Origin: Diplonema japonicum
Taxonomy: Eukaryota; Protista; Euglenozoa: Diplonemea
Direction: 5' to 3'
DNA length: 64,000 nucleotides
NCBI GenBank assembly: GCA_964019335.1
Contig: OZ025721.1
Coordinates: forward strand, 1-64,000
Within the stretch, counting starts at the first letter, position 1, and each line of letters begins with the position of its first letter. The notes beneath the pieces were generated by a model. It saw only the letters and a list, made by a program, of their open reading frames with translations, searched no databases and was not told the DNA's origin. Below are positions 1 to 10,199 of the stretch, one piece after another. Position numbers and translations under genes: made by a program.

Positions 1-306
1 CGGGTTTGCGGGTTTGCGGGTTTGCGGGTTTGCGGGTTTGCGGGTTTGCGGGTTTGCGGGTTTGCGGGTTTGCGGGTTTGCGGGTTTGCGGGTTTGCGGG
101 TTTGCGGTTTGCGGGTTTGCGGGTTTGCGGGTTTGCGGTTGCGGTTTGCGGGTTTGCGGGTTTGCGGGTTTGCGGGTTTGCGGGTTTGCGGGTTTGCGGG
201 TTTGCGGGTTTGCGGGTTTGCGGGTTTGCGGGTTTGCGGGTTTGCGGGTTTGCGGGTTTGCGGGTTTGCGGGTTTGCGGGTTTGCGGGTTTGCGGGTTTG
301 CGGGTT
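1..306 (+). repeat. Telomere-like 8-bp tandem array (CGGGTTTG)n / (TTTGCGGG)n, about 38 units, running off the window start
   Basis: Directly visible and near-perfect, with a few shortened units near 100-150. The G-rich strand is the + strand. Confidence 0.95.
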
Positions 307-964
307 CGTGCCTCGCAATCCTGGCGTTGCCGCATCCCTGGGCATGGTCACCCCATACGTCCATCCCCTCAGTCTTGCACCTCGGGTCGTGGCAGCTCTC
401 ACCCTGCTTGTAGACCGGAGCCCCCAACCACCACTTGATCAGAGCCCCAAACTCGTTGTCCGACAGCTGGTTGTAGAAGTCAGGCGTCGCCGTCAACCAC
501 GCCCCCGCATAGTGCATTGACTCCGACATCAACCTCGCTCTCGAGCGTGCATCTGCTTTCGCCAAGAGGTCCTCCAGCGCCTTCTCATCAAGCACCCTAG
601 AGAGCCACCTCTGGCTGCAGATGTGGGGGGCCTTGGCCACCATGTCGGGTGTAATCTGCATGCCGCCCTTCGTCCTGTTGAACCACTCGAGCCAGCTCCC
701 CCATACACCCCCTTCCAGCCCATGTTCGTATTTGGGATCCAGCTCCTTGCACAGCTTCATCGTCGACGCCCTCGAAGCCATGTTGGCCGCGCGCAGGTGC
801 TCCTGGCAGCTCCTCATCCCAAGCCCACCGACTTTTACGGACAGTTTCGCCTGCTGCCATTCTTTCGACCCGTTCTCGAACTGCATGCCGCACACCTTCG
901 ACATCGTCTTCCGCACCATCTCGTCGAACCTGTGCATGACCCCTCCCACATGCGAGTCTGGGAT

Positions 965-966
<2 letters not shown>
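307..966 (-). mobile_element. Fragment of a CRE-clade (SLACS/CZAR/MoTeR/Cnl1-like) non-LTR retrotransposon: RT thumb region plus CCHC zinc finger; RT core and RLE endonuclease absent
   Basis: Manual minus-strand translation gives an uninterrupted ~220-aa frame: IPDSHVGGVMHRFDEMVRKTMSKVCG...WQQAKLSVKVGGLGMRS...AANMAS...SQRWLSRVLDE...ARLMSESMHYAGAWLTATPD...LSDNEFGALIKWWLGAPV...CHDPRC...DVWGDHAQGCGNARIARHE. WQQA.L...GGLG, AGAWL, LS..EF...LG and C..C..D..GDHA..C..RH are CRE-clade motifs. It is absent from the ORF track because the frame runs without a stop into the repeat. Confidence 0.88.
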
Positions 967-1011
<45 letters not shown>

Positions 1012-2788
1012 GGGACTTGAGAAAATAAATAAAAAGGGGGACTTGAGAAAATAAATAAAAAGGGGGACTTGAGAATGTTTTTTTTTTTTTTCTTCAAAAG
1101 ACACACAAGGCACGATAAATCTTAAGAGAAAATAAAAATATTCCAAAACAGACAATCAAGTTCCAACCTGGGAGGAAGGCATGGGTTTCTCTTTTTCTTT
1201 ATGGGAGGGAGAGGGGAAGAAGAAGAAGCAACTCCGAATGATAAAAATTCAAAAATAAAAATCTCAAAAAAGGCTTAAAAGAAGAAGAGGCAAATTCAAA
1301 AACATACTAGGGAGGAATGAGTGGGGCAGGGGGTAAAATTTAGGAGGGGGAAAGAGGGAGAATCAAAAAAGGGGAAAGGGGCAGAGTGACCAATGTCCAT
1401 GCGAAAAAGCATAGAGCGGGGGAAGAAGAAAATCAAAAACAGGAAAAACACATCACCACATAAGAAAAAAGAAAAAAAACCCCGTCTACGAGGGGAGGGG
1501 GCCTGCGAGAAGGAGACGAGGCGCACTGTCCAGGACCATCTGCGGAAGATGGGTGTTGAAGAGGTTGACCTGCAGTCAGCGGTGGTGACGGTCCTGGGGT
1601 TGTTCGAGGACGTCTCCTTTGAGAGGTACCTTGGGCTGTTGGCCCGGAAGAAGGAGGAAGACAGGGAGAGGCGGCCTGAGGTGGTTGCCACGGACCTCCC
1701 CACCCTGGAAGAGCTGAAGTGGAGCAAGAAGGACAAGAAGCGGGCCCGGGCCCGATCGGCCAGTACTGACTCGGATTGTGTGGAGGGTGGCTACATCTAT
1801 CTGAAGGGTACGGGGGCGGATGGCACCGTGGTCGAAGCCAACATATGCAGGGGTGAGCTCAAGGGGATGACCGGGCCCCAGTTCAAGTTCTTGGCGGAGC
1901 ACAGGTTGATGGAGGAGCTGGGGAGCGACAACCTGGTGCGGGACACGGTCAAGGTGCGCAACAAGGAGAACTGGGCCCCGGTGAACAGTGCGGTGGCTTG
2001 GCTGCAGCTCGAGTCGGGGAGGGCACAGGTGGGGCCCATACCCCACAAGAAGAGGTCCAAAGGCTCGCTGGCCAGATAGGCCAGCGGGGGTGTGGGGGGC
2101 TGGTCCCCCCCCCCCCCCCCCCCCCCCGCCATAGGAAGATGTGAAACTTTTTTTTTTTTTCTGAGAAAAAAAAAAGGGGGAAATAAAAGAATAGGGAACA
2201 GGTGCTACAACGGCCAGGCTAGATAGAACCACTTAGATTTTTTTTTTTTTCCCTTCTTTTTTTTTTTTTTTTTATTTTTCTGTTTTTCTTTTTCTTTTTG
2301 AAGTGGAACCATCTCAGTCAACGTTTTTTTTTTTTTTTCTTTTTTCTTTTGTGGTGATGTGTTTTTCCTGTTTTTGATTTTCTTCTTCCCCCGCTCTATG
2401 CTTTTTCGCATGGACATTGGTCACTCTGCCCCTTTCCCCTTTTTTGATTCTCCCTCTTTCCCCCTCCTAAATTTTACCCCCTGCCCCACTCATTCCTCCC
2501 TAGTATGTTTTTGAATTTGCCTCTTCTTCTTTTAAGCCTTTTTTGAGATTTTTATTTTTGAATTTTTATCATTTGGAGTTGCTTCTTCTTCTTCCCCTCT
2601 CCCTCCCATAAAGAAAAAGAGAAACCCATGCCTTCCTCCCAGGTTGGAACTTGATTGTCTGTTTTGGAATATTTTTATTTTCTCTTAAGGTTTATCGTGC
2701 CTTGTGTGTCTTTTGAAGAAAAAAAAAACATTCTCAAGTCCCCCTTTTTATTTATTTTCTCAAGTCCCCCTAAAAAAAAAAAAAAAAA
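967..2788. repeat. Long inverted repeat: arms ~967-1479 and ~2324-2788, each ending outward in poly(A) (T38 on the left, A17 on the right), with a ~0.85 kb spacer
   Basis: The arms are reverse complements, with about 3 substitutions seen plus homopolymer-length differences. Both arms encode the same MSMRKSIERGKKKIKNRKNTSP start in the ORF track (1393+ and 2417-). The motif GGGGGACTTGAGA occurs 3x on the left and 2x on the right. Confidence 0.92.
1481..2079 (+). pseudogene. GC-rich coding-like fragment of unknown family inside the inverted repeat
   Basis: About 200 open codons with strong G/C third-position bias, ending in TAG at 2077-2079. The ORF-track N-terminus is only the AT-rich repeat arm. 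Confidence 0.5.
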
Positions 2789-3425
2789 GTACACAAGTCT
2801 ATCCTGGCTTGCTTTTCTTTAACGGACGCTTTGCTCACTTTTGGGTAGGGGGGTGAGCAACTCATACTGCACATTTGCAGGGTCTTTATCTACAAGTTTT
2901 GCCTTGGGTTACGTTTTTTTTCTTTTTTTTTTTTTTTTTTTTTTCCTTCTGGGGGTGGGGTTGTGTCAAACATGGGTAATATTTGGGTATTGTTAAATAA
3001 GGTTGCTGCTCACTGTTTCTTTTCTCTTTCTTTTCTTTTTTCTTTGTTCCTTTCTTTTTTTTCTCTTTGTGGTGCTCTTCTTATTTCACACTTGTTCTCT
3101 TTTTTTTTCCTCTTCTTCTTTTTCTGGGGGGTAAATGAGTTGGGTTGTTTAGGTAAACAGGATTAGATAAGGCTGCTGCTCACAAACTTTTTTTTTCTTC
3201 CTCTTTCTTCTCTTCATGGCACTCTTCTTATCTGTATTTATATTCCTACACTTGTTCTCTTTTTTTCTTTTCCCTTTTCTTTTTCTTTTCTCATTTGTCC
3301 TGTTCATCCCATTAATTATCTCAATTCTCACACTATTTCCTTTCTTTTTGTTCTCCGTTCCCGTTTTTTTTTTTCTCTTTTTTTTCTTTACTATTCTATT
3401 TACTTCTACTGCTGGTCCTGTGCAA

Positions 3426-4601
3426 TCATCTCTTTTCGATTGAACTGAAGAGGTCTGTGGTCTGCTGTGGTTTTTCGAGGAGTGCCTCTGCAAGGCCTTT
3501 GGCTCCCAGTTCTGCCCTCCCTGCTGCAGTACCCTTGCAGCTCATCACCAGGTGGTTCAGGGTGCAGCGCTTCGTGCCACACAGCTGACATGGCTTTTGC
3601 TTTGGACCCTCACGGTAGTCCTTCAGCAGCAGGTGGTGTCCTGTCTTCAGTCGATTGATGCAGACTTCGGCTTTCCTGCCCAAGCTGTTTGTCTTTGGGG
3701 GTTCCTTGCCCTTTGTCAGCTTCTGGTAGGCTGTCTGCTTGTCCAGCTCTGCATCAATCCTGTCTTTCGCACATTTCCAGAGCTTGTTTTTCGCTGCTCC
3801 AAGGCTCACTGGCTGCCTCTGTTGTTCCTTCACACCCACTGCTGCCAGCCTGTTGGCCACTTCATTCCCTGCAATACCACAGTGACTTGGGATGTACCAC
3901 AGTGTGAGGGTCGCTCCCTTGCCTTTCAGAAGCCACCACAGCTGTGTCCAGATTCCCACCATTGTGTCCTCTCTGCCTTGTTGGCCCTTGTTTCAGTTTT
4001 TGCAAGGCTGAAAGTGAGTTGGTTAGGATGTTGATGTGGGCCCCTGGTTTCACTGTTGTCTCACAGTGCTCGAGTGCCATCTCCAGGGCTGTCAGCTCTG
4101 CCTGGCAGCTGTCACCATATCGGCATGAGTCTCTGATCAGGTACACCTTGCTCCCTGTGGTGGTCTGGACATAGGCTCCTGCACCACCTTGTTCTGCATC
4201 CACAGATCTGTCTGTGTACATGGTGATGTCAGCTTTGGGCAGCTTCTGGAGTACTTCTTCTCCATATGTCCTCTGCTCATCCTTCTTTTTCTTCTTTATG
4301 CCTTGCCCTTCTGTTCCAACATCCAGTTGTGCCAGCAGACTCCTCTCCCATGGGGGAAAGGGTGATGAGTTGTGAAGAGGTGCTCTTTCATACTTCTTCA
4401 ATTTGTTCTCATCGATTGCCCTGCTCCTTGCCTCAAAGAGCCAGGTTCCTCTTGATGTCCCTGCCCCCATTGCCACAGTGTGCCCACTTGTCCCCTCCAT
4501 CCTTACAAGCTTCTCATACATGGATGATGTCTTGTATTTTATCATCTCCCATACTGGCCATAGCCTTGCGATTTTCAGGAGGTCTTGGATAGGTGTTGTA
4601 G
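3426..4601 (-). mobile_element. Decayed Ingi/L1Tc-type LINE, 3' part: RNase H plus C-terminal CCHC finger (frameshifted)
   Basis: Motifs MYTDRS, AELTALEMAL, ILTNSLSAL, LWYIPSHCGIAGNEVANRLA, RLKTGH and CQLCG...LNHLVMSC, spread over ORFs 3862-4545 and 3426-3962. Confidence 0.9.
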
Positions 4602-4944
4602 CAGTGATGGGTGAATCCTAATTAGGACTAGACCAGACTGGACTGGACCAGACTGGATCCGGCGTGAATTTCAACCCAATTATGCTGGACTGACTGGACT
4701 GACCAGACTGACTAGACTGACCAGACTGGACCAGACCAGACTGGACTGGACCGAACCGGACTGGACAAGATACAACCACAACACCACATCCCCCCCTTTT
4801 TTTTTTGCTGCAGAGTTCAAACATATAAACAGATGTCTACAAGAAAAGATGTTACACAGGTACTGAGAGATGACAACAACAACAACAACGAGAAACAAAG
4901 AAAAAAAAAAAAAAACTATTCTTTTAAGGTATGCATTTTTGCAC

Positions 4945-5790
4945 TCACCGGCAGCCTGTCCATCACCTTCCCCGATGCTCCCAGCCCACGTAATTCGGCC
5001 ATCGTCGGCATTGGGTGTGCCCTTCCCATCACGACCACCTGCCACGGGTATGTCTGCATCTGCAATGCGCGGTGTGCAGTCGACCAGATTGTGCCTGCAT
5101 CCACTTTCGAGGGGGGGGCATACACAACACCGTAGAGGCAAGAGGGGAGGATGGAGCTGGAGATGATCCTTGCCTTCTGTGAGAATCCCAACAGCATGGC
5201 AGCCAGCCTTCTGCACGCCCGCTCCATTCCCACAAGGGGCTTGGCCCTGTGCTTGCCATCCATGCAAACCTTGATGCCCAGGGCACTGATCTCCGTCTTG
5301 GCTGCAAGCACTTCCCACCCACACTTCACTGACCCAGACCCTTCTGTGGAGAACATGTCCATCTTCTTCAGGTTGAGACTCATCCCGTTAGCAGAGAGAA
5401 TTTGCCTACCCCCACTGCTGCCTTCTCCAGTGTGCTGAGCAGAGCTGCAATCAGGTACACGTCATCTGCATACAACAGGGAATCTGCCCCAGCACCTCCA
5501 CCATAATTGCCCTCACCATCACCCCCACCAGCACGTTCACCATCACCACCGAGATCAGGCACCCTGCAAGATGCCGTTCGATGTGGTGAACTCATCACCC
5601 ACCCCTGTCAGGTACTTGAACCTCTGCCTGAGGGACTCATACATCATCATCAGCAGCCGCAGTATGTTCTGATGTAGCCCCAGGTCCCCCATCAGTCCAA
5701 GTGCCACCTCCTGTGGGATGTGGTCGAAGCACTTGACAAAGTCCAGTGTGAGACCGTGCATTGGTGTGCCCAACAGCAGGGCTAGAGGGT
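4945..5790 (-). mobile_element. Second, degenerate non-LTR reverse-transcriptase fragment carried inside the hAT element
   Basis: TLDFVKCFDHIP, NGILQGA, LLYADDVY and downstream thumb-like ILPSCLYG motifs, broken by frameshifts. Confidence 0.8.
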
Positions 5791-7010
5791 TGAGCTGAAC
5801 ACCACACACATTAAGGACACAACACAGAACACAGAAGAAGCTACAACTCAGCCATGGTGATTAAGGACACGATGCAGAATGCAGAAGATGCTGAAGCTAC
5901 AACCCGGCTGTGGTGCTGACTATGGTGCACCCCCTGTAATCAAGTAGACAGTTCTTGTGCAGGGCACTGCCAACACCAGCCTCCTTTAACTCTTGTATAT
6001 TATTCCAAAGGTGGTGGGGATAGCATGAAAAAACATCAGATGTGTTGTTCACTGTTGACCTCCTCATTGGTCATCACTGGTAGCTCCTGAGTGGAAGAAC
6101 ATAATGCAGATACTCAGGGTGACAAACAGGCAGCACAAGTGCTGAATCTTGGTTACCTGGGACACTCTGGCTGGGGTTGAGCTGTACACCACACACATTA
6201 AAGACATGACACAGAATGCAGAAGAAGCTACAACTCGGTTGCAGTGTGCCCCCTGTAATCAAGTAGACAGTTCTTGTGCAGGGCACCACCAACACCGGCT
6301 TCTTTTAACTCATAAATATATCATTCAGGTGGTGGAGATAACATGGAAATATAAGAAGTACATCAGATGTGTTGTTTGCTGTTGACCTCCAAGTCAGTCA
6401 TCACCAGTAGTGCCCAAGTGGGAGAACATAATGCAGATGCTCAGGGTGATGAATTGGCAGCAAACTGCATGAGCACAGAATGTTGGTTACCCTGGGTTGT
6501 GTTGCTCTGGCTGGGGTTAAGCTGCACACTGCACACATTAAGGACACAATGCAGAACACAGAAGAAGCTACAACTTGGCTGCAGTGCCCCCCTGTATCAA
6601 GTTAACAGTTCTTGTGCAGGCACCACCAACATGATGAACAGGCATTTTCCTCCATCCACTTGGCTGGTCATCACCTGTAGCACCCTGAGTGGAAGAACAA
6701 ATTGCAGATGCTCAGGGTGAGTAAACTACTTAGGGCACCAGCTGGGGTTGAGCTGCACACCACATGCATTAAGGACACGACGCGGAATGCAGAAGCGGCC
6801 AAGGTGCACCCCCTGTCACTGGTCTCCTTACCTCTTTCATGTTATTTGGTGGTGGGGATTACAGAAATATGGAAATATAAGAAGTACATCAGATGTGTTG
6901 TTCACTGTTGACCTCCACGTTGGTCATCACTGGTAGCGCCTGAGTGGAGGAACATATTGCAGATGCTCTGGTGTTGAGCTGCACACTGCACACATTAAGG
7001 ACACAACATG
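5787..7010. repeat. About five degenerate tandem copies of a ~230-390 bp unit inside the hAT element
   Basis: Recurrent blocks GGGTTGAGCTGCACACCACACACATTAAGGACAC (near 5787, 6173, 6512, 6743, 6970), GCAGAAGAAGCTACAACT, CAAGTAGACAGTTCTTGTGCAGG and CATCAGATGTGTTGTTCACTGTTGACCTCC. Confidence 0.8.
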
Positions 7011-7255
7011 GAATATTGTGCTGTCAGTGTTGTGGTGATATAGTCACCACTTTCAACCTTGATGATGTAAAGAGGAAAAAAAAAAAAGGAAAAAAAAATC
7101 ATTGTCCAAAAATATTTGAAAAAAAAGTGTTTGCAGGTGTGTCAAAAATTGCAGAAAATTTTTTCCAGTCAGTCTGGTCAGTCTGGCCAATCCAGTCAGT
7201 CTGGTAAATTGGGTACACCAGACTGACTGGACTGGACCAGATTCACCCATCACTG

Positions 7256-8960
7256 GTTGTAAGAAGGCAGCCTGTTATGATGCATGCTGCTGTGTTGTGT
7301 GCTACTTCCAGCATTGTGATGTCTCTGGCTGTCAGGGTGGGTCCATACACTCCAAGGGCGTATCTCACCACAGGTAAGACATAGGTGAGGTAGACAGTGG
7401 AGGGTCAATGCCTTGCACCCCCACTTGGTGCCTGCAAGTGCCTTCATGACTGCTGTGCATCATCAGAAGCGTTCAATCATGAATACAAAGTGTGCCCTGA
7501 AGTTCATCTTCTCATCGAATTTCACCCCAAAGAACACTGGCTCTTCTTGGTACATTACCAGTGTTTGCTGCCCTGCTGCATCCTTGTGGTACACAACTGG
7601 TCTGCATTCTGTCTTTTTATTTGGCCCTGATGCCATCATGCATGTCTTCATCTTTGATAGATTTAGGCCCCACTTTTCTGACCACCTGCACACCATGTCC
7701 AGCACTTCTTGTGCTTGTGCCTCCACTTCTTCCATACTGATTCCACTTACCACCACAGCCATGTCATCTGCAAACAGTGATGTAATCAGTCCAGTGTCCA
7801 CACCCGCTTTGTGCAATCTTGTTGCTATGTCATCCACATAGCAGATAAAAAGCAGTGGGGAGAGGACCGTCCCTTGTGGAACTCCTTCTTCTTTTTCATA
7901 GAAGTCGCCTTGTTGCATGTGCCAACTCGTGCTTGTTAAATTTCATTTCCGATGCACTTGTTGCCTCTGGCGTCGCGTCTGTTGTTGCTTTCTCAGACCG
8001 CCCGTTACAGGTCTTACACACATCTGCATAATGTTTCCCGAGTACGTTGGCTTGCTCCGTTGCTGCGAAGATCGCTTTGTTGCCTTCAATCAGCTTGCAG
8101 CTCCTGTTCTTTCCTTCGACCCTCCCATCCATCACCTTGATGCGGCTGTAAATTCGTCCCAGCCCCTCCTGTGTCATCCCTTCCACCTCCTTCTTCCACA
8201 GTGCTTCCTTCCACTCATCCACTAGTTTTTGCACCTTCTCCCTAAGAGTCCCTTTGCTCCTTCGCCTTCTTGACCTCTTTGTCTGTCACCTCTTCCTTCT
8301 TCCTTGCTGTTGTCTGATCGTCTCGTTCCACTCTCTGATCGCCTCCCGGATCTCCTCCGACCACCAACACTTGCTCCACTTCTGCTTCACGGCTTGCCAC
8401 TTCTGTGGGATCGTCATCTTGGCTGCCTCCAGGATCGCGGCTGTCATTCTGTAGAGTGCCTCCTGTCCATAAGGTACTTCAATCAGGATGGGTGTGTGGT
8501 CTGAGCCACAGTTTTCGAGTAGTTTCCAGCTTGCTGCTACTCCTTGTGGGGCAATTGCTATGTCCGGACTTGACCTCTGCTTTGCTTGGATTCGCGTTGG
8601 CTGCTTGGGGTCGTTCTGAATCCGCATTCCTACCTCCGCCACCCACTGGTATAAGAGTGTGCCACCGTGGTCTGGCTGTGCTTGCAGGTCCCAGGCTTCG
8701 TGGTGAAGGTTGAAGTCTCCCACCACATATGTGTTTGCTCCACATGGCAGCTCTGTTGCCTCAAAATCATGTTGCCTGTCATCCTCTTTTGACTTTGTGA
8801 ACGATGGTCTGTACACATTTGAGATTGTCAAGTCTGCTCCATTGCCTTGTTTCACTACTACATCGATCCGCTCTGTCACTTTTCCTTTGTAGGTGACACC
8901 TTGTTTTGCGATCAGTGTGTCCTTGACCAGTGTTGCAACTCCGCCTCCCTCGATGGGCTC
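7256..8960 (-). mobile_element. Decayed Ingi/L1Tc-type LINE, 5' part: AP endonuclease plus RT, with internal deletions
   Basis: APE motifs GGGVATL, ISNVYRP, VVGDFNLHH, SSPDIAI and GSDHTPI. RT motifs GVPQGTVLSPLLF and SLFADDMAV. Confidence 0.92.
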
Positions 8961-8962
8961 AC

Positions 8963-9592
8963 TTGGAGGGGTGTGAAAAGCTGGAAACCATCAACTTGAA
9001 TGCGATGACCAATCTTTCTTCCATTGGTCATAGCTTCTTGGAGGGGTGTAAAAAACTGGAAACCATCGACTTGAATGCGTTGACCAATCTTTCTTCCATT
9101 GGCGATAACTTCTTGTTTGGGTGTAAAAAACTAGAAACCATCGACTTGAATGCGATGACCAATCTTTCTTCCATTGGCGATAACTTCTTGTTTGGGTGTA
9201 AAAAGCTAGAAACCATCGACTTGAATGCGATGACTAATCTTTCTTCCATTGGTAATCGCTTCTTGTATAAGTGCGAAAAACTAAAAACCATCAACTTGAA
9301 TGCGATGACCAATCTTTCTTCCATTGGTGATAGCTTCTTGGAGGGGTGTGAAAAACTAGAAACCATTGACTTGAATGCGATGACCAATCTTTCTTCCATT
9401 GGTCATAGCTTCTTGTTTGGGTGTAAACAACTAGAAACCATCAACTTGAATGCGTTGACCAATCTTTCTTCCGTTGCTGGGAAATCTTTAAAAAAGAAAA
9501 AAAGAAAAGTCGGTGTTGAGAAGAAGAAAAAAAAAAAAGAAGGGGGAGAAAAAAAGGAGGAACATTTTGAAAAAAAAACACCCTGGCGCTGA
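8963..9592 (+). pseudogene. BspA-like leucine-rich-repeat gene fragment; about seven 75-bp (25-aa) tandem repeats; 5' end cut by the LINE
   Basis: Unit ETIDLNAMTNLSSIGDNFLFGCKKL repeated. There is no native start: the ORF-track start lies in the LINE antisense sequence. Confidence 0.75.
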
Positions 9593-9876
9593 GAAACATC
9601 TTTGTGGAAAAACCAACGGAAAGCAATCCAATACCTCGATGACACCGGGGACCTGCCCCCTCCGCAGCTCCACAACAACCATCTAACCTGCTGAAGTAGC
9701 ATGCCGATCAGAAGGCGGCTGACACTTGTGATTTAATCAGAATCCCGAGATCCCATCCCTGATCCCCAAATAGAGAGTGTACCATCCTGTTTCTTGCGGA
9801 AACAGAGAACCCCCCTCCCCACCACAGCAGTCGACCAATCAGGCACAGCAGTGTGAAAAAAAAAAGCCGCAGGAAA

Positions 9877-9914
<38 letters not shown>

Positions 9915-9996
9915 AAAAAAAAAAAGATGCAGCAGTGTGAAGCAACCCTCCCAAAAAAAAACAAACAAACATTTCCCCACCCCGATAACGTTTCCG

Positions 9997-10055
9997 AAAT
10001 ATAGGGTCAGTGCTGGGGACCAGGACCAGATGTCCCCAACACTGACCCTATATTT
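9997..10055. other. Hairpin/cruciform: 24-bp stem (1 mismatch), 11-nt loop
   Basis: AAATATAGGGTCAGTGCTGGGGAC-caggaccagat-GTCCCCAACACTGACCCTATATTT. Confidence 0.85.
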
Positions 10056-10127
10056 ACCCACTTTCCTCACTTCTACCTACATTTTCTACCTAGCATTTTA
10101 ATTAATAACAATAAATATTCACCCACA

Positions 10128-10193
10128 TTATTCTCCTTTTTTCTTATATTCTTTTTGCTTTTTCGATTTGAACGTAGCATCAGCTAGCTACAG
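10128..10193 (+). promoter_or_regulatory. Example of a putative spliced-leader trans-splice acceptor (pyrimidine tract then AG just upstream of ATG); similar sites precede 11964, 24316, 34387, 48987 and 59710
   Basis: TTATTCTCCTTTTTTCTTATATTCTTTTTGCTTTTTC...CTACAG GGTAAAATG. Confidence 0.55.
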
Positions 10194-10199
10194 GGTAAA

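Larger units (their letters stand above)
4602..7255. mobile_element. Non-autonomous hAT-type DNA transposon (2,654 bp) inserted into the LINE
   Basis: Perfect 16-bp TIRs CAGTGATGGGTGAATC (4602-4617) and GATTCACCCATCACTG (7240-7255). TSD GTTGTAAG on the right and GTTGTA-G on the left. Subterminal GACCAGACT/GACTG arrays at both ends. Removing it restores the LINE peptide ITGCLLTTPIQDLLKIARLWP. Confidence 0.88.

Noticed and set aside
6-520. Three + strand ORFs of repeating RVCGFAGL
   Set aside because: Artefact of the stop-free 8-bp repeat; the real coding signal is the minus-strand CRE fragment.
967-1020. Minus-strand poly(A)-AG in front of the CRE fragment as an intron acceptor
   Set aside because: No GT(A/G)TG donor nearby, and the same poly(A) ends the other repeat arm.
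5787-7010. Repeat-spacer appearance suggesting a CRISPR-like array
   Set aside because: Units are long, degenerate and homologous along their length, with no unique spacers, no cas genes and a eukaryotic context.
10056-10095. Helitron 3' end (hairpin plus CTAG)
   Set aside because: CTAG lies ~35 nt from the hairpin and the stem is longer than typical; no 5' TC end or Rep/helicase was seen.
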